The translations under genes were made by a program, and so were the position numbers. Shown here piece after piece: positions 9,857 through 21,545 of a stretch of DNA of 49,366 bases. Source of the DNA: Catajapyx aquilonaris (lineage: Eukaryota). Every line of letters begins with the position of its first letter. Position 1 is the first letter of the stretch. The DNA is taken from NCBI GenBank assembly GCA_000934665.2, contig JYFJ02002888.1:1-49366 (forward strand), read 5' to 3'. The notes under the pieces were generated by a model. The model was not told the DNA's origin, ran no database searches, and saw only the letters and a list, made by a program, of their open reading frames with translations.

Positions 9857-10070
9857 AATTAGAGCTCCCAAATAGTTTACTTTGCCTCAAGTCATACAGC
9901 ACTAATATTCAAGTGAAACTAGTAAAATTGATGATGAACAAAACCATGTGCCATAATGAATCAATAACAGATGTAAAACAACACATATAACATTAGCTAA
10001 TACCTTTACCTACGGCTGTGTATGTCTTACAGAAATCACTGTACATCAACAAATACAAAACTATTTTCAC

Positions 10071-10267
10071 CTGTCTCACGATATTTTGCTCAAGCTTCTT
10101 CTCAAGGATTCTCTTAGTTATGGTAACGAGAGCCTCTAGTTCCTTCAAATTGTCCTTGCACTTCATAGCGTCTTCTTTCATATGAGCACCATCATGTGCA
10201 CGGTCCGTAAGCTGACATGTGCCACTAGGACCTGCACCCTCACTGGCATCTGACAACTCCATGAGTT
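10071..10267 (-). CDS. Candidate coding exon of the SNAPC4-like gene (N-terminal coiled coil)
   Basis: Acceptor tactttttttcag|AA at 10268/10267 and donor CAG|gtgaaa at 10071/10070; 197 nt, phase 1 to phase 0: xLMELSDASEGAGPSGTCQLTDRAHDGAHMKEDAMKCKDNLKELEALVTITKRILEKKLEQNIVRQ. The ending parallels the SNAPC4 'LLxQNREQQ' coiled coil. Confidence 0.6.
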
Positions 10268-11489
10268 CTGAAAAAAAGTATTATTCAATTTTGTGCATTA
10301 CATAATTATGTCAGTCTTATAATATTGTACAATCCTGTAGATGGGTTTAAAACACCAAAGAATTCAGTTTAAACTTATTTTGTGTACTTTGAAATCCAAT
10401 CCCTCCTATCTTCACCATCAAGTCTTACACCTTAAGATACAAAATGGGCAAAATAACTTATGAACTTCTATGATAGGTGGACTAGGCCCTTAACTACCAA
10501 GTTTCAAGAAAATTTGAGAGTTGCACTTGGCATACATCCTTTGCAAGCATTTTAAATACCATGGTACCAGATTTGTAATCATATGTTGAAGACTCTCACT
10601 TCCAAACTTATTCTTTCATACCTTCTTAGGTTCTCCCATGTCAAATATGTATTTTCTGAATATGGCAAAACAAGAAAAGGTCAGTTGATGGAAGGCCTGA
10701 TGCATTGAAAATGCTGAAAGGCATGCCCATGAAGTAAGAAAGACATCACCTGAGTGCACATCAGTTCTTATGCAACATTGCTCAAGAGTCTCGAACAGTT
10801 CAAGTAGCACACTACTGAACACACACAGGTGACCAGGAGATGCAAGAATAGGTGTGGCAGTAAGATTGCTTGACCTAGAGTAGGCTTACAAAATCTGTCC
10901 CACAGCTCAAAAAATGTTTCGCATTACATGTGTTTACTATAACAGTTGCTAAAGGTACGTGCCATCGTGTGGCCATGTTGAATTTCATGAATAATTCGTT
11001 AAAAAAATTTCATTCATAAATAGTATTGTCTGGACTTAATTGATGGAATTTCTTTGGCTCAATGTAGGCTGTTTCACCAACACAGCAGTTAGTAAGCAGG
11101 TAGGAAATGAGTGGTTTGGGAATCATGAGCAGATTATACATTATACACAAGCATGGCAATCTCATCTCCTTGGAAGCGCATTCTGATAAACAGAAACTTT
11201 GTAACTCTTTTGCTGTAGATTCCTGCATGCTTCCCATTCGCCCAAAGTCCATCAGGTTGGATTTCTGCGATCCAGTCCTGCTCCTTCACTGCCTGCCAAC
11301 ATGGAATTTGTACATTTCTGCCGCTCATACACCACTCCCTGAGCACCTAATTTCCACCCCACTCACTTTCTGTTGAATTTGCGAAGCAACCTTAAGAGGC
11401 CTGGTCTATGTTATTAATGAAAATTGCATGCAAATTAGTAATGTCGTATTCTTAGGTGTTAAAAACAACCCATTATGAGTGAACATTAA

Positions 11490-11677
11490 CCCTGGAACCA
11501 TGACGTGGGGTCTTTTAGGACCCCAAAGAAATTAAAATGCATTAAAATGATAATTACAATGAACTTTTGCCATAAGAAAAAGTATAACAGGAAGTGCATG
11601 TTTATTTTGAATTAGCGATCATTTTAAGCATTATTCAAAGAATGATTGCATATAGCCAATAAATTGAAAAGTATTAT

Positions 11678-11742
<65 letters not shown>

Positions 11743-12179
11743 CCGGGTAGTGCACGAACTCCTTACGAGTTATATGGCACGGACCTTTATTATTATTCAT
11801 ATACAGTATCCATTGGACCTGATGACGTAGCGCCCGGGCCCACGGGCAGGGTGACAGGAGGGGATGTGCAAGGTGCAGTGCAATGTCATTATGTGGCCAT
11901 TTTTAGTGAACTCCCCCGGGTGGTTTAGTCTATGGAAATACCACCCGAGACGAAGCCAGAGGTGACCCTGAACTCTGCATGAGATGAAGGGGGTGTGGTG
12001 TCCCCGGGTTGGGATCGAACCCGGGACCTTAACATCCATGGGCGCATACGTTACCGCAGCACCACTCCGCCTCCCCGTGAAAAGTATTATATAAAAATTA
12101 AAATATGGATGGGGTCTTAAAAGACCCCACGTCACGGTTGCCGTAACTTTCAGGCATTTCCGGGTTCCAGGTTCCAGGG
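11490..12179. mobile_element. piggyBac-type MITE (interrupted by a SINE)
   Basis: TTAA|CCCTGGAACC ... GGTTCCAGGG|TTAA, with TTAA at 11486-11489 and 12180-12183. Subterminal inverted repeats tgacgtggggtcttttaggacccc / ggggtcttaaaagaccccacgtca have asymmetric spacers, the canonical piggyBac end layout. Confidence 0.88.
11678..12077 (-). mobile_element. tRNA-derived SINE, family D, full length with (ATT)n tail
   Basis: Minus-strand head GGGGAGGCGGAGTGGTGCTGCGGTAAC...GGGTTCGATCCC. The tail appears as (AAT)n at ~11679-11742. 13-bp TSD tgaaaagtattat at 11665-11677 and 12078-12090. Homologous to 24992-25437. Confidence 0.9.
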
Positions 12180-12297
12180 TTAATCACATATTAAATTACA
12201 TCAGAAAATGTATTGACGAGGTTAACTTATGGATGGGATTGCAGTGGTTGCTTGGCCATTACCATGACTCTCTTCGTGACTTATTAGGGCAATATCA

Positions 12298-12619
12298 GTG
12301 ACCCACCCTTTCTTGACAGGGATACCATCGTTTCGCTTAGCAACTCCTAGTCAACGGAAATCTGCCGAATGCACCCCTGGAACCTCCCACTTTTCTAGTT
12401 TCCATGGAGATACCATCATGCAACAATAGGAATAAACAGTGTTTCACTCTTGTCTCATGCTGTTACCCGTGCTGTTACTGTTTACTCTTATTGTTGTATG
12501 AGTACATCTCCATGGAAACTTGAAAAGTAGGAGGTTCCAGGGGTGCGTTCGGCAGATTTCCGTTGACTAGGAGTTGCTAAGCGTAACGATGGTATCCCTG
12601 TCAAGAAAGGGTGGGTCGC
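12298..12619. mobile_element. Near-perfect fold-back MITE (~114-bp arms, ~94-bp loop)
   Basis: 12298-12411 (gtgacccaccctttcttgacagggataccatcg...tttccatggagat) is the reverse complement of 12506-12619 with only a handful of mismatches. Confidence 0.9.
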
Positions 12620-13823
12620 CTATACCCCGTACGGGCCCTTGTCTGGTCATACTGCATAACTGACCCATTTGGGTACCTTGTTGGTAAGGAGGGGGCAAGG
12701 TGACCAGGATAGGTCCCTAATACGGTAAGACTGAGTTTGTGGCCAACAACAACTGCTTGGATTATACACAGCACATACACACCTAAACTTAGTCACAAAC
12801 TGGACCGCCAAGACCACAACACCGAGAGTTTTAGCAATCAAGCACTCCGTTTCTCATGACTTGAACCGACTTGAACTTCAGCACCTTCCGACCAGACAGA
12901 AAACTGATACTTGCTCCTTCGTACTAATCTGACACCTACCAAGCAGCCGCTGAGATGAAACACAACACTAAATTTGGCACCGGCACGCTGGGGACATGGA
13001 AACAATGGCCGAGAGAACGGGTCCGAGACAATGCGAATCACTTAATTCACTAGGACCACGGACTGCATGGCCTTACTAGAACCATGTGCTCTCCCCGGTG
13101 TTCCCAGCTCCCTATCCGCACTTGCGCACGGAGTAGTTCTGACTATCTGAGCCAGAGCCTGTCACTGTCATGCTCTTAGCCTCTTAGAATACTCCCTATC
13201 ATTCTCATTAGTTTTTCCTATTACTAAATATTACAGAGTGGCGGCGCCACTACCACGTGTTCACCCACTTTCTTATGGGCAGACCGGCAGACCGGCAGGG
13301 CACCGCAGAACGGTGGGGCACGGGGTGTATGACGTGACGGCCCGTGATGACGGCGGATGTATTTAGACCAGCTTGGGATTCATACAGATAGGCTATCCCG
13401 GGCTATCCATAGAAGACAGAGATGCCACTCTGTCTGAACCACGGTCTGAACCTGAACAGTCTGAAGTCTGATCCCGTGCTCTGATCTCTCTTTCGGTTTT
13501 CTCTTCGGCTCCATCTCCATCCAAATATTCATATTGCCGTAGTTGCTTTGGCTCCTATGGCTGTATGCCCAGTGCACGGCCCAGTGTATGCCTACGTCGT
13601 GGCCTCCTTCCAAGACCGTGGTCGTGGCTACGTGTTGAATTTTTTAAATTTAAAATTTGTACGTAATATTTACTTAATATTTTCTTGTAATGATGATCTT
13701 ACAGGCTGTAATCACGGCTGCAATCTACGCAAATTGCGATACTGCATAATATCAGAATATATTAGGCTTACTGGAGGACGATACTAGGCGGTAACTTTGA
13801 AATTTTCGTCGAATTACCTTAAT

Positions 13824-13824
13824 A

Positions 13825-13909
<85 letters not shown>

Positions 13910-14156
13910 GATACCCCGTGATATAAGCCTCCTTGAGCTTTTTAGGGGATCATCTTTTTAATTAACCGACTTTAATCATTGCCTTTGCTGTGATGGATTT
14001 TGATAGTGGGAGGAAACGGGAGAGCCCGAGAAAACCCACGCGAACACGGAGAGAACCCATCGAAACTCTATCCACATAAGTATCCTCTGTCCGATCCGTG
14101 GATCCTTAGAGGTGGAAGGCTGCGGCGCTATAACCACTCCGCCACCGTGTCGCCCC
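13824..14156 (-). mobile_element. tRNA-derived SINE, family A, second copy (B box deleted, long (ATT)n tail)
   Basis: High similarity to 969-1234 throughout, with (AAT)n at ~13825-13908. Approximate TSD aattac(t)cttaat at ~13812-13823 and ~14158-14170. Confidence 0.9.
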
Positions 14157-14209
14157 TAATTACTCTTAATTACATCCTGTAGTTTGCCGTCCGTCTGGTC
14201 ACATACATG

Positions 14210-14771
14210 ACCCCATTTTTGACCCGAGTGTCCTACACTTTTCATTTGAAAATGTAAATATAGTTGCAGATAACTTTATTGCATTTGAAAGGGATATCGA
14301 TGACACTTTGTTTGGTATAGAGATATACCAAAATTACCGACAGGGGGCGGGGTGAAGAAAATAGAAATCTCATTCCCCGGCACTAAATCTGAGAAGAGGT
14401 TAGACAAAATAATGTGTAGTAAGTTTGGGTCGAATGTTCGTCCCACTGCTAGTTACTACCAACTTATAGTAAGTTAGTACCATATTTGGCACTGGTACTG
14501 CTAAGTTAGTATTAACAAGCAGTGGAACGAAAATTTTCCATTGTTTGCATTCAAAATTTCAAACAGTGCCGGGGAAGGGGGGTGTGGTTTCTATTCCCCC
14601 CTCCCCCCCCCCTCCACACTCTCTGTCGGTAATTTTGGTTCCTCTCTATACCACACAAAGTGAGATCGATGGAGCTTCAAATTCCAGTAAAGTTCATATC
14701 TCACTGTCAGATATCTGTAACTATTTTCATTTTCAAATGAAAAGGGTGGGACACTCTGGTCAAAATGGGGT
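14210..14771. repeat. Large imperfect inverted repeat element with a smaller palindromic element at its centre
   Basis: Arms at ~14210-14383 and ~14566-14771: ccccatttttgacc pairs with ggtcaaaatgggg, cttttcatttgaaaatg with cattttcaaatgaaaag, accaaaattaccgacag with ctgtcggtaattttggt, and ccccggcact with agtgccgggg. An inner IR ttcgtcccactgc...gcagtggaacgaa lies at ~14437-14531. Confidence 0.75.
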
Positions 14772-15046
14772 GCGGGGGTGTCTTTAGCCTTTTGTTTCTC
14801 CCCCTCCTCTTGTGATTTTTGTGTCATCTTCATGTCTGCAAATGTACATCGACAGAGCTTCAAAAATCAGTAAATGTCATCTCTGCAACTTTTCCAGTTT
14901 TCGAGTACAATGGAGGAGAAGATTCACCCGCTTTTTGCAGGGGCCCCCGTTATTTTGTCCAACCCCTGTATAATTATGGTCATTAGCTCTTGATATAGTA
15001 GGCTACTGTACGTTCCAATTTACAAGCAACAATAATTCCTGCCAGC

Positions 15047-15400
15047 GGGGAGGTGTGGTGGCCGAGATGGTAACGTCTCAGTCGGCTTGCTGAGTGAAAG
15101 GCCCCAGGTTGGATCCCCGCCTGGGGAACTTTCCTTTCACTGCACCAAGGAGGTGTCTGGCAACCTAACCTCCTGGGGAACAGCACATGACCCATTAGCT
15201 ACGACATTGCACCTTGCACCCATGTTCCCTCCCCATGAAATCCCTGTCATTTCCCATTGTCCCTGTTTCCTTGCACCGGTGAATGAAGTGAAAATATAAT
15301 ATACCATACAGAAAACTGATGGTGGTATGCCACCCCCCTATAGCTCCCGTAAGGGACATCACGGGGTTAAATAAATAAATAAATATAAAAAATATAAAAA
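15047..15400 (+). mobile_element. tRNA-derived SINE, family C, full length
   Basis: Head ggggaggtgtggtggccgagatggtaac...aggttggatcc, core ggaggtgtctggcaacctaacctcc, and (TAAA)n tail. TSD tcctgccagc at 15037-15046 and 15402-15411. Homologous to 22666-22990. Confidence 0.88.
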
Positions 15401-16661
15401 ATCCTGCCAGCAGGATAAACAATTTATTATATGTATGTAATGTACTGTAGCCTACATAACGGTGGTACAGTACAATGCTACGTTCTCTTCTCTACCATGT
15501 ACCGGTCTGTACTGGATACAGGCATACAGCTGTCTTCGACCAAGTACTTGTCGCTTCTCGATGGTTCTATGAGCCACGTTCCGACATCCTCGGATAGATG
15601 GCATCCCATTGCCCTATACTTGCGTCGTCACAGGGCTTGATCTGCCTGCGTGATCCGACTGGATCCCTATTTGTCTATGCGGACCATGTTTACTTGCCGC
15701 TAACGACACCCTCTGATTCGCTCTGAATGAACAGTTGACCAACACGTGACCTCCTGCTGCCATGCTTCGGCACCCAACTTCTCTGGTACTCGACCGCTGG
15801 ATCTCTTGTACATAACGCAATAACGCAATATAGGCAATTTATGCAGTGTGACACTATTAGGGTATAGTTGCACAAAATGTAACGTAGCTCCATGCCTAGT
15901 GCCGTATCGTTCAGAGAGTTTAATATATTATTGCCAGTTATACTAATGAAAGGTTCTCTCCGTGTTCGCGGAGGTTTTCTCTGTTATCCGATATCCATCA
16001 GCAGCCCAGAGCAGTTTGGTTTGGTTTACTGAAGGAGTTCTATAAGATAATAAGGTAACTAGGGACATGAGGCATGGGTGGATAGGAAAGAAGCAGTTGC
16101 AATGATGAGACTATTCTGAGGCTGGGAGGAAAGGGGAAACGACACAGAAAAACCCACGACACAAGCACCAAGAGAAGAATAAAAAGCACCCAGTTGGAAG
16201 CTCTCCAAATGAAAGAGAAATATTCCTCCAGATCCGCGGATTAAACTCAGGAGCTCTTAGGTGAAATGTTATTGCCTCAGTGTTACGCTGCCCTGCATAC
16301 ACTAACTTGTGGATTTGATTACCTGGCCATAGACTATACAAACAAGTTCAGATAATTAATTAACTGTGTGTATCATATATTCAGATGTCTTTGTTCCTGC
16401 TCCCAACTGTGAATGCAAAGGAAACCATTAAATTTTACTCAATTAGGTGGGTAAAATATTGTTGAGGGTGTAGCCTAGTGTTAAAAAAATCACAAGTTAA
16501 TCTTTAAGTGCTTACGTAACTTGCACAATGTCAAAAACTTCATATCAAGGCAGTAGATGCATACTCCGTAAGTTCCACGAAATATGTATAACATATATAC
16601 CGTATTATATGTGCATATGATATAGGGACGATGCAGCCAAATCAATACGAGGTATAGCCTA

Positions 16662-17107
16662 CAGGGTTCGGAATCTACCGTCGCTTTGGGAAATGATAGA
16701 GGGGTTCTAGGTGATCACTTTGAGTCAGTTGTATGCAACATGGGTGCATAGCTACTGAGATAATTAACATTAAATAAAAAGTGCATTATCTCAACTTATA
16801 GGTTTCGGATACTGCTCACGACACTTCCATCGCCTAGGTGCCCTATAGGACATTCCCTGATACATCTAACAGGATCGTAAATTAAAATTAAATAACATGG
16901 TAACACCTTAAATTAAAATGAAAAATGTAAGGTCGCGCGGAGGTATTCATACGTGCCAGGATATTTTATACCTTGTGCTTGAAGCCCATTATCTCGGTAA
17001 CTATGAATTGGAGACCTATGTTGCATATACGTACTCAAAGTGATCGCCTAGAACCCATATAACATTTCCCAAAGCGACGCGACGGTAGGTTAAATTTCCG
17101 AACCCTG
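16662..17107. mobile_element. Tc1/mariner-type MITE
   Basis: TA|CAGGGTTCGGAA ... TTCCGAACCCTG|TA with ~85-bp imperfect TIRs (gtcgctttgggaaatg / catttcccaaagcgac; ggttctaggtgatcactttgagt / actcaaagtgatcgcctagaacc). Confidence 0.85.
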
Positions 17108-20100
17108 TATGTGTGCGAGAATGACAAGGTTCTGTACCTGAACCAGGGTGAACATCAGTATAACTCTGTTCAAGTCGTAGGATGATTACAGCCAGCAAAT
17201 CAGGCACCAGTATGTTCCTGACCAGGCTTGAAGCTTCAATGAACACGCCAGACACTTTTGTCTGATGGCTATAGTGCGAGATCCCTCACCTAGCATACAC
17301 ATCATCATGGATATACCATACTACACTCCTTATTCTTTCCAGTGTTACTCCTAGGATTGGACCTGTGCTGTGAAAAAATATTAATTAATACAACACTTTT
17401 GATTTCCAACATTTGTAGTGTTTTTATAAGCTATACATCGTCGAAAGCTCATTTATTTGGTTTTCCAATTTTATGTGATTTTATTGGTGTATAGGTTGAT
17501 GTGGGCGATCCTCTGCAAATTTTCCACCTACGCGAATGTGAGCTCAATATTTAAAAACGTAAGGTACAGTATTACAAAATTTTTAATCAAAACCCCTAAG
17601 TCCAATTCATTATGAAATGCTACAAGCCCACTGGTATTGATATAAGTTATTATTATGCACATTACACTAATTTTTAATTTCCTGAAAAGTTGCCGCGGAC
17701 CGACACAAACGTCGGAAGAGCCGCTTTTTCCGGACGAAACTCCTGAAGTCGTATAAGAATGATGCGTTTCGGGTAGAATATATTAATAACGTTTTAACAC
17801 AGACTCTCTAATTAAAGTCCCAGTATCAGGAATGATGCTTCTGAAATGGCAACTGTTCACAAAAATCTTACCTCCTTTTAGTAGTTGCATAAAGTAGACA
17901 ATATATTTCCTACACCTCGCAATTTTTTAAAACGCACAGTGAGTTTCTGGTTTAATTTTTGCTATTATTTTCGTGAAACCTCTTCCTAAAATATATTTGT
18001 TAATCAGGAGTCATGCCGCATAGTAGCAGGTGATTATTTATAATATTGCAGATAAATATGAGAATAACAGGTCATAAATTATTTTCGTATTCATTAAGTA
18101 CACTCAGGAAAAACTGACACTGACATTATTGCTTACATGATTGTAAAGCACGTTTACTTCATTGCTTTCGGAGCAGGCAGCTCAATGCTGCTAAACTTTG
18201 TCCTGTTTAACAAAATATTGTATCGGCACGAGTTTCCGCCAAATTTTCATTTTCATTTTCAGTGTAAGTTGGACTGCGAGGAAGGTGAGGACACTATACG
18301 ATCTGTGAAGTAGCAATGGTTGGCTCACAAAAAAGGCCCATGCCATTGCAAACTCGGCCACCTTCCCAAAAACTGACAGAAAAAAACCATAGAATTTCAT
18401 AATGTAAACACTTCACGTGACTTTTATCCCTGATAATTATTTTTGCTTTGTTCGTGTAAAAGCAACGCTGCTGTAAGTAGGCCTACAGGCTTCGAAAACA
18501 AGCTGTTATTCGGTGCGGTGCAGTACAAAATTCAGTTGACCCGTTACATACGATGCGTTGATATTTTCCTGTATGTTGGAACATCTATTTTCCACTTGAT
18601 GGAACGGGTTTATCAGATCTATATGATGGACTTTCCGACAGCACACACGGGCCACTCAAGCAGTGAAAATGTCTATAATAATGCACTCATTACCCCGACA
18701 AGAAACTGTACCATTCACTCAAACGGCAGCAATGTCACATGCTCAGAGAAGAACGCAAAAATGTCAAGATACTGTTTTTCAGAGATTACGTGCAAAATTA
18801 ATATTAATGGTCCGGAGGATGACAAACCACACAAGTTATCTCTAAAAATCGAACTGGGTCGCCGACAGCCGTCTATAGCATATAATAGTACTATAGCTTT
18901 GACTTGAATAAAAGGTTAAGGCCACAATTTAATATGTTAAAAGTTATTGCGATTGTAGCCTTACACAAGACTGATGACTTGAAACATGACAAATCCTAAT
19001 ACATTCCTGTACATGCGTCTTTTTCTGGAGCGGCCACTAAGAAACCAAAATAAATAAATACCGACGCTTGATAGATAGTAACGTCATGCACCTTCATGCA
19101 TGAGAAATTGTTGGAGTAATATTATTCAGGGCCTAAGCCTCCAGGCAATTTCCGATCGGCATGTATAGGCAGACAAAGGGAATGCCTTCTGGGTATGAAG
19201 CATAGCATATAGCACTCACTCTATTTACCCGAAGCCCTCTTTTTCGCTTCATGTCGACCTCAAATTTTAAATTGGTCTAGAGTATTAAAATTCAGCACAT
19301 TTCTCTCTTCTTTCGCGAGGAACAGGCGGTAAAGCTTCAAAGAATTTCAACAAAATGAGATGAAAGTTAGTGCGAGAGGTGCTTTCCAGGTGCACTTGAT
19401 TACAAAGCGCCAAAGCCGCGAGTCAATTAACTGCAGGCATCATAATTTGGCAACTTCCAACCAAACCCAAATTAATTCTCCTGTTTATGTTTAATCAACC
19501 TGATCATTTGGGAGGGGGGGATGGATTATAGCTTTGATGAATTTTTGGGCTAGTCATATTAACGTCTCCGTTAAAAATACATCGATCGCATGGCTTGATC
19601 AACTAATAATTAAGCAGTGTTATTACTTGAAATATTTAAAAGAGCAATAAAAATTATAAGGATACCCCCTGTTCACTATAGTGCAAACCATACCATTTAA
19701 TGCTGTGGAAGAAACGATCCAAAGCCTATAGGATCCCGCGCTCTAGAATGGCAATTAACTCTTTATAGGAAAGAGCTGAGTTCCACGTGGTACGGCAGAT
19801 GTTCGTAAACGACAGCGTGTCAGAGTTACTTTCTCACAAGTTAATGAGTTTATTGGCCCAAGTGGGGGTGAACGAGCCTTTAGTGGCAGCTTCAAGATGT
19901 GAAAGTTCATACAATATCTACCTGCATATTTGAAAGTAGCTAACATACCCATGTTTTACATACTATACAAGTTTCCCAAAAATTGCAATAGGCCTCAGTT
20001 ATATTGTGAGAATATTATTTTAATCTGCTGCGCAAAATTAGCAGAACAGTGTCCTGCTTGTCATACGATTATGCATATGTAGACCGGTACCGTTACTGCA

Positions 20101-20535
20101 TTAAACCCCAATATTATGATGATAATATAAAAATAATAATCAGTATGGTATAAGATAAGACTAGAGAGATGATGATTATTGTAGAGATTTAAGGCACACA
20201 ATGCTGAGTATTATTTTGGTGTATTCCAGTCTTTAACGACGGATTAAAATGTTAAAGAGCAGGGCTACTCGACACCTTTAAGTACAGTACACTGCATGTT
20301 CCTTTTCAAGAAAGGTTCAGAACCTCTATCTCCCCATCCCCCGCATTTTATAAAAAATAAAATATTACCTTGGATGTCATGTTGCATTGAAAAATGATTA
20401 GTGGGAAAAATTGCTTTTTTTTTTGCCTGAAGCGATGGCATCAAAATCCGATGTAGGTTGCGGCAATTTGGAAAGCGGCAAGGTGGGCTTGCGTCATGCT
20501 GCTTCTACATTTATTTTTAATAATGTACTTTAGCA

Positions 20536-21001
20536 CAGGTGTCCCAAACATAGTGAACGAATGTATGCCCCCCTTATATATACGTTTGGGAGGCACTGAC
20601 CGTCTAATTGGCACCAGAAATGAGGACCCAACTCACAATCCTTCTCCCAAGTTGCCTGCGGGTTATCAAGTTCTAGCTCCAAACTTGCCCACTTCCTCCG
20701 ACGCAAATGTCATTCAATTCCCTTGACCATCCACCTGTTCTGTTGGCCAATGACAATGGCAGGACGAAAGCAAAACGGGCGCATCGAGAGTTTCCGTTCT
20801 GAATCCAAGAAATGAATTCCACGTACTTCTATAGTTCCCGGGTGGAGATGCCACATGTTCAGGTACCAAGGCAGGTACAGTACTGTTACTCATGAATGTA
20901 CAAATCTTGATGCCTTTATTATATGCGGTTCGGACAAAATTGTCTCGGGGTCCGGATCGGGATCGCGGTCCGCCCAAGGGTCCGCCAGTTTGGTAGATCT
21001 G
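20536..21001. mobile_element. hAT (Buster-type) MITE
   Basis: Termini CAGGTGTCCCAAAC / GTTTGGTAGATCTG, subterminal ggtccg repeats, and 8-bp TSD cttTAgca (20528-20535) / ctaTAgca (21002-21009). Confidence 0.7.
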
Positions 21002-21379
21002 CTATAGCACAGACATACTAATTAAGTATTGATATTAGTCTTACCGCGGGTTTGATTAGTGATAATTACACCTCAGTAACAATCTTTTGCATACAGTAGT
21101 CCTATATCTAAAAATGATATTAAGAGAGAATTCAGCCTTCAAACTTCCATCCTCATATAAGAAAATATCATTCTAATGTTACTCTGATCGTGTTGGTATT
21201 TCAGCTATTCAAGAATGTAATGCAGTCTGAGTATCATACTTTGTGTACGGTTTCCATCACAAACCTCATGCTGGTCCAGGTCGTAAATCTGCTGGTGATT
21301 TCCTGGAAGAAATGCGATAGAGGAAAAGCCTCATAAAAATGCCTTATCCTTGAAGATGAGAATGATCCAGGCAGTCTAT

Positions 21380-21545
21380 CGTCGTATAGTGGATTGGCAT
21401 TCAGGCTGTTATTCTAAAGGTTCCGGGTACAAATTCCGATACCTGGGTTTTCTGAGGTTTCCTATATATGGTCCCTGCAGGAAAATTAGGGGGCGATTTC
21501 CCTTCAAGCATGGCCAGAGGAGATTCTACCTTTTCCTATCCTTGT
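21380..21545 (+). mobile_element. Old degenerate SINE related to family B
   Basis: Decayed A and B boxes (tatagtgg; gggtacaaattcc) followed by ggttttctgaggtttcc...tgcaggaaaatt...ggcca...ttctacc, collinear with the family B core. Confidence 0.55.

Noticed and set aside
11010..11252. SNAPC1-like similarity of the FGRM...LCIMYNLL frame
   Set aside because: Resemblance is weak and by eye only, with no convincing splice sites and stops nearby. Kept only as an unassigned tract.
12640..13250. Possible LINE ORF1/PHD-like relic or LTR fragment on the minus strand
   Set aside because: Only a vague Cys/His pattern (VFHLSGC) and no consistent frame or termini.
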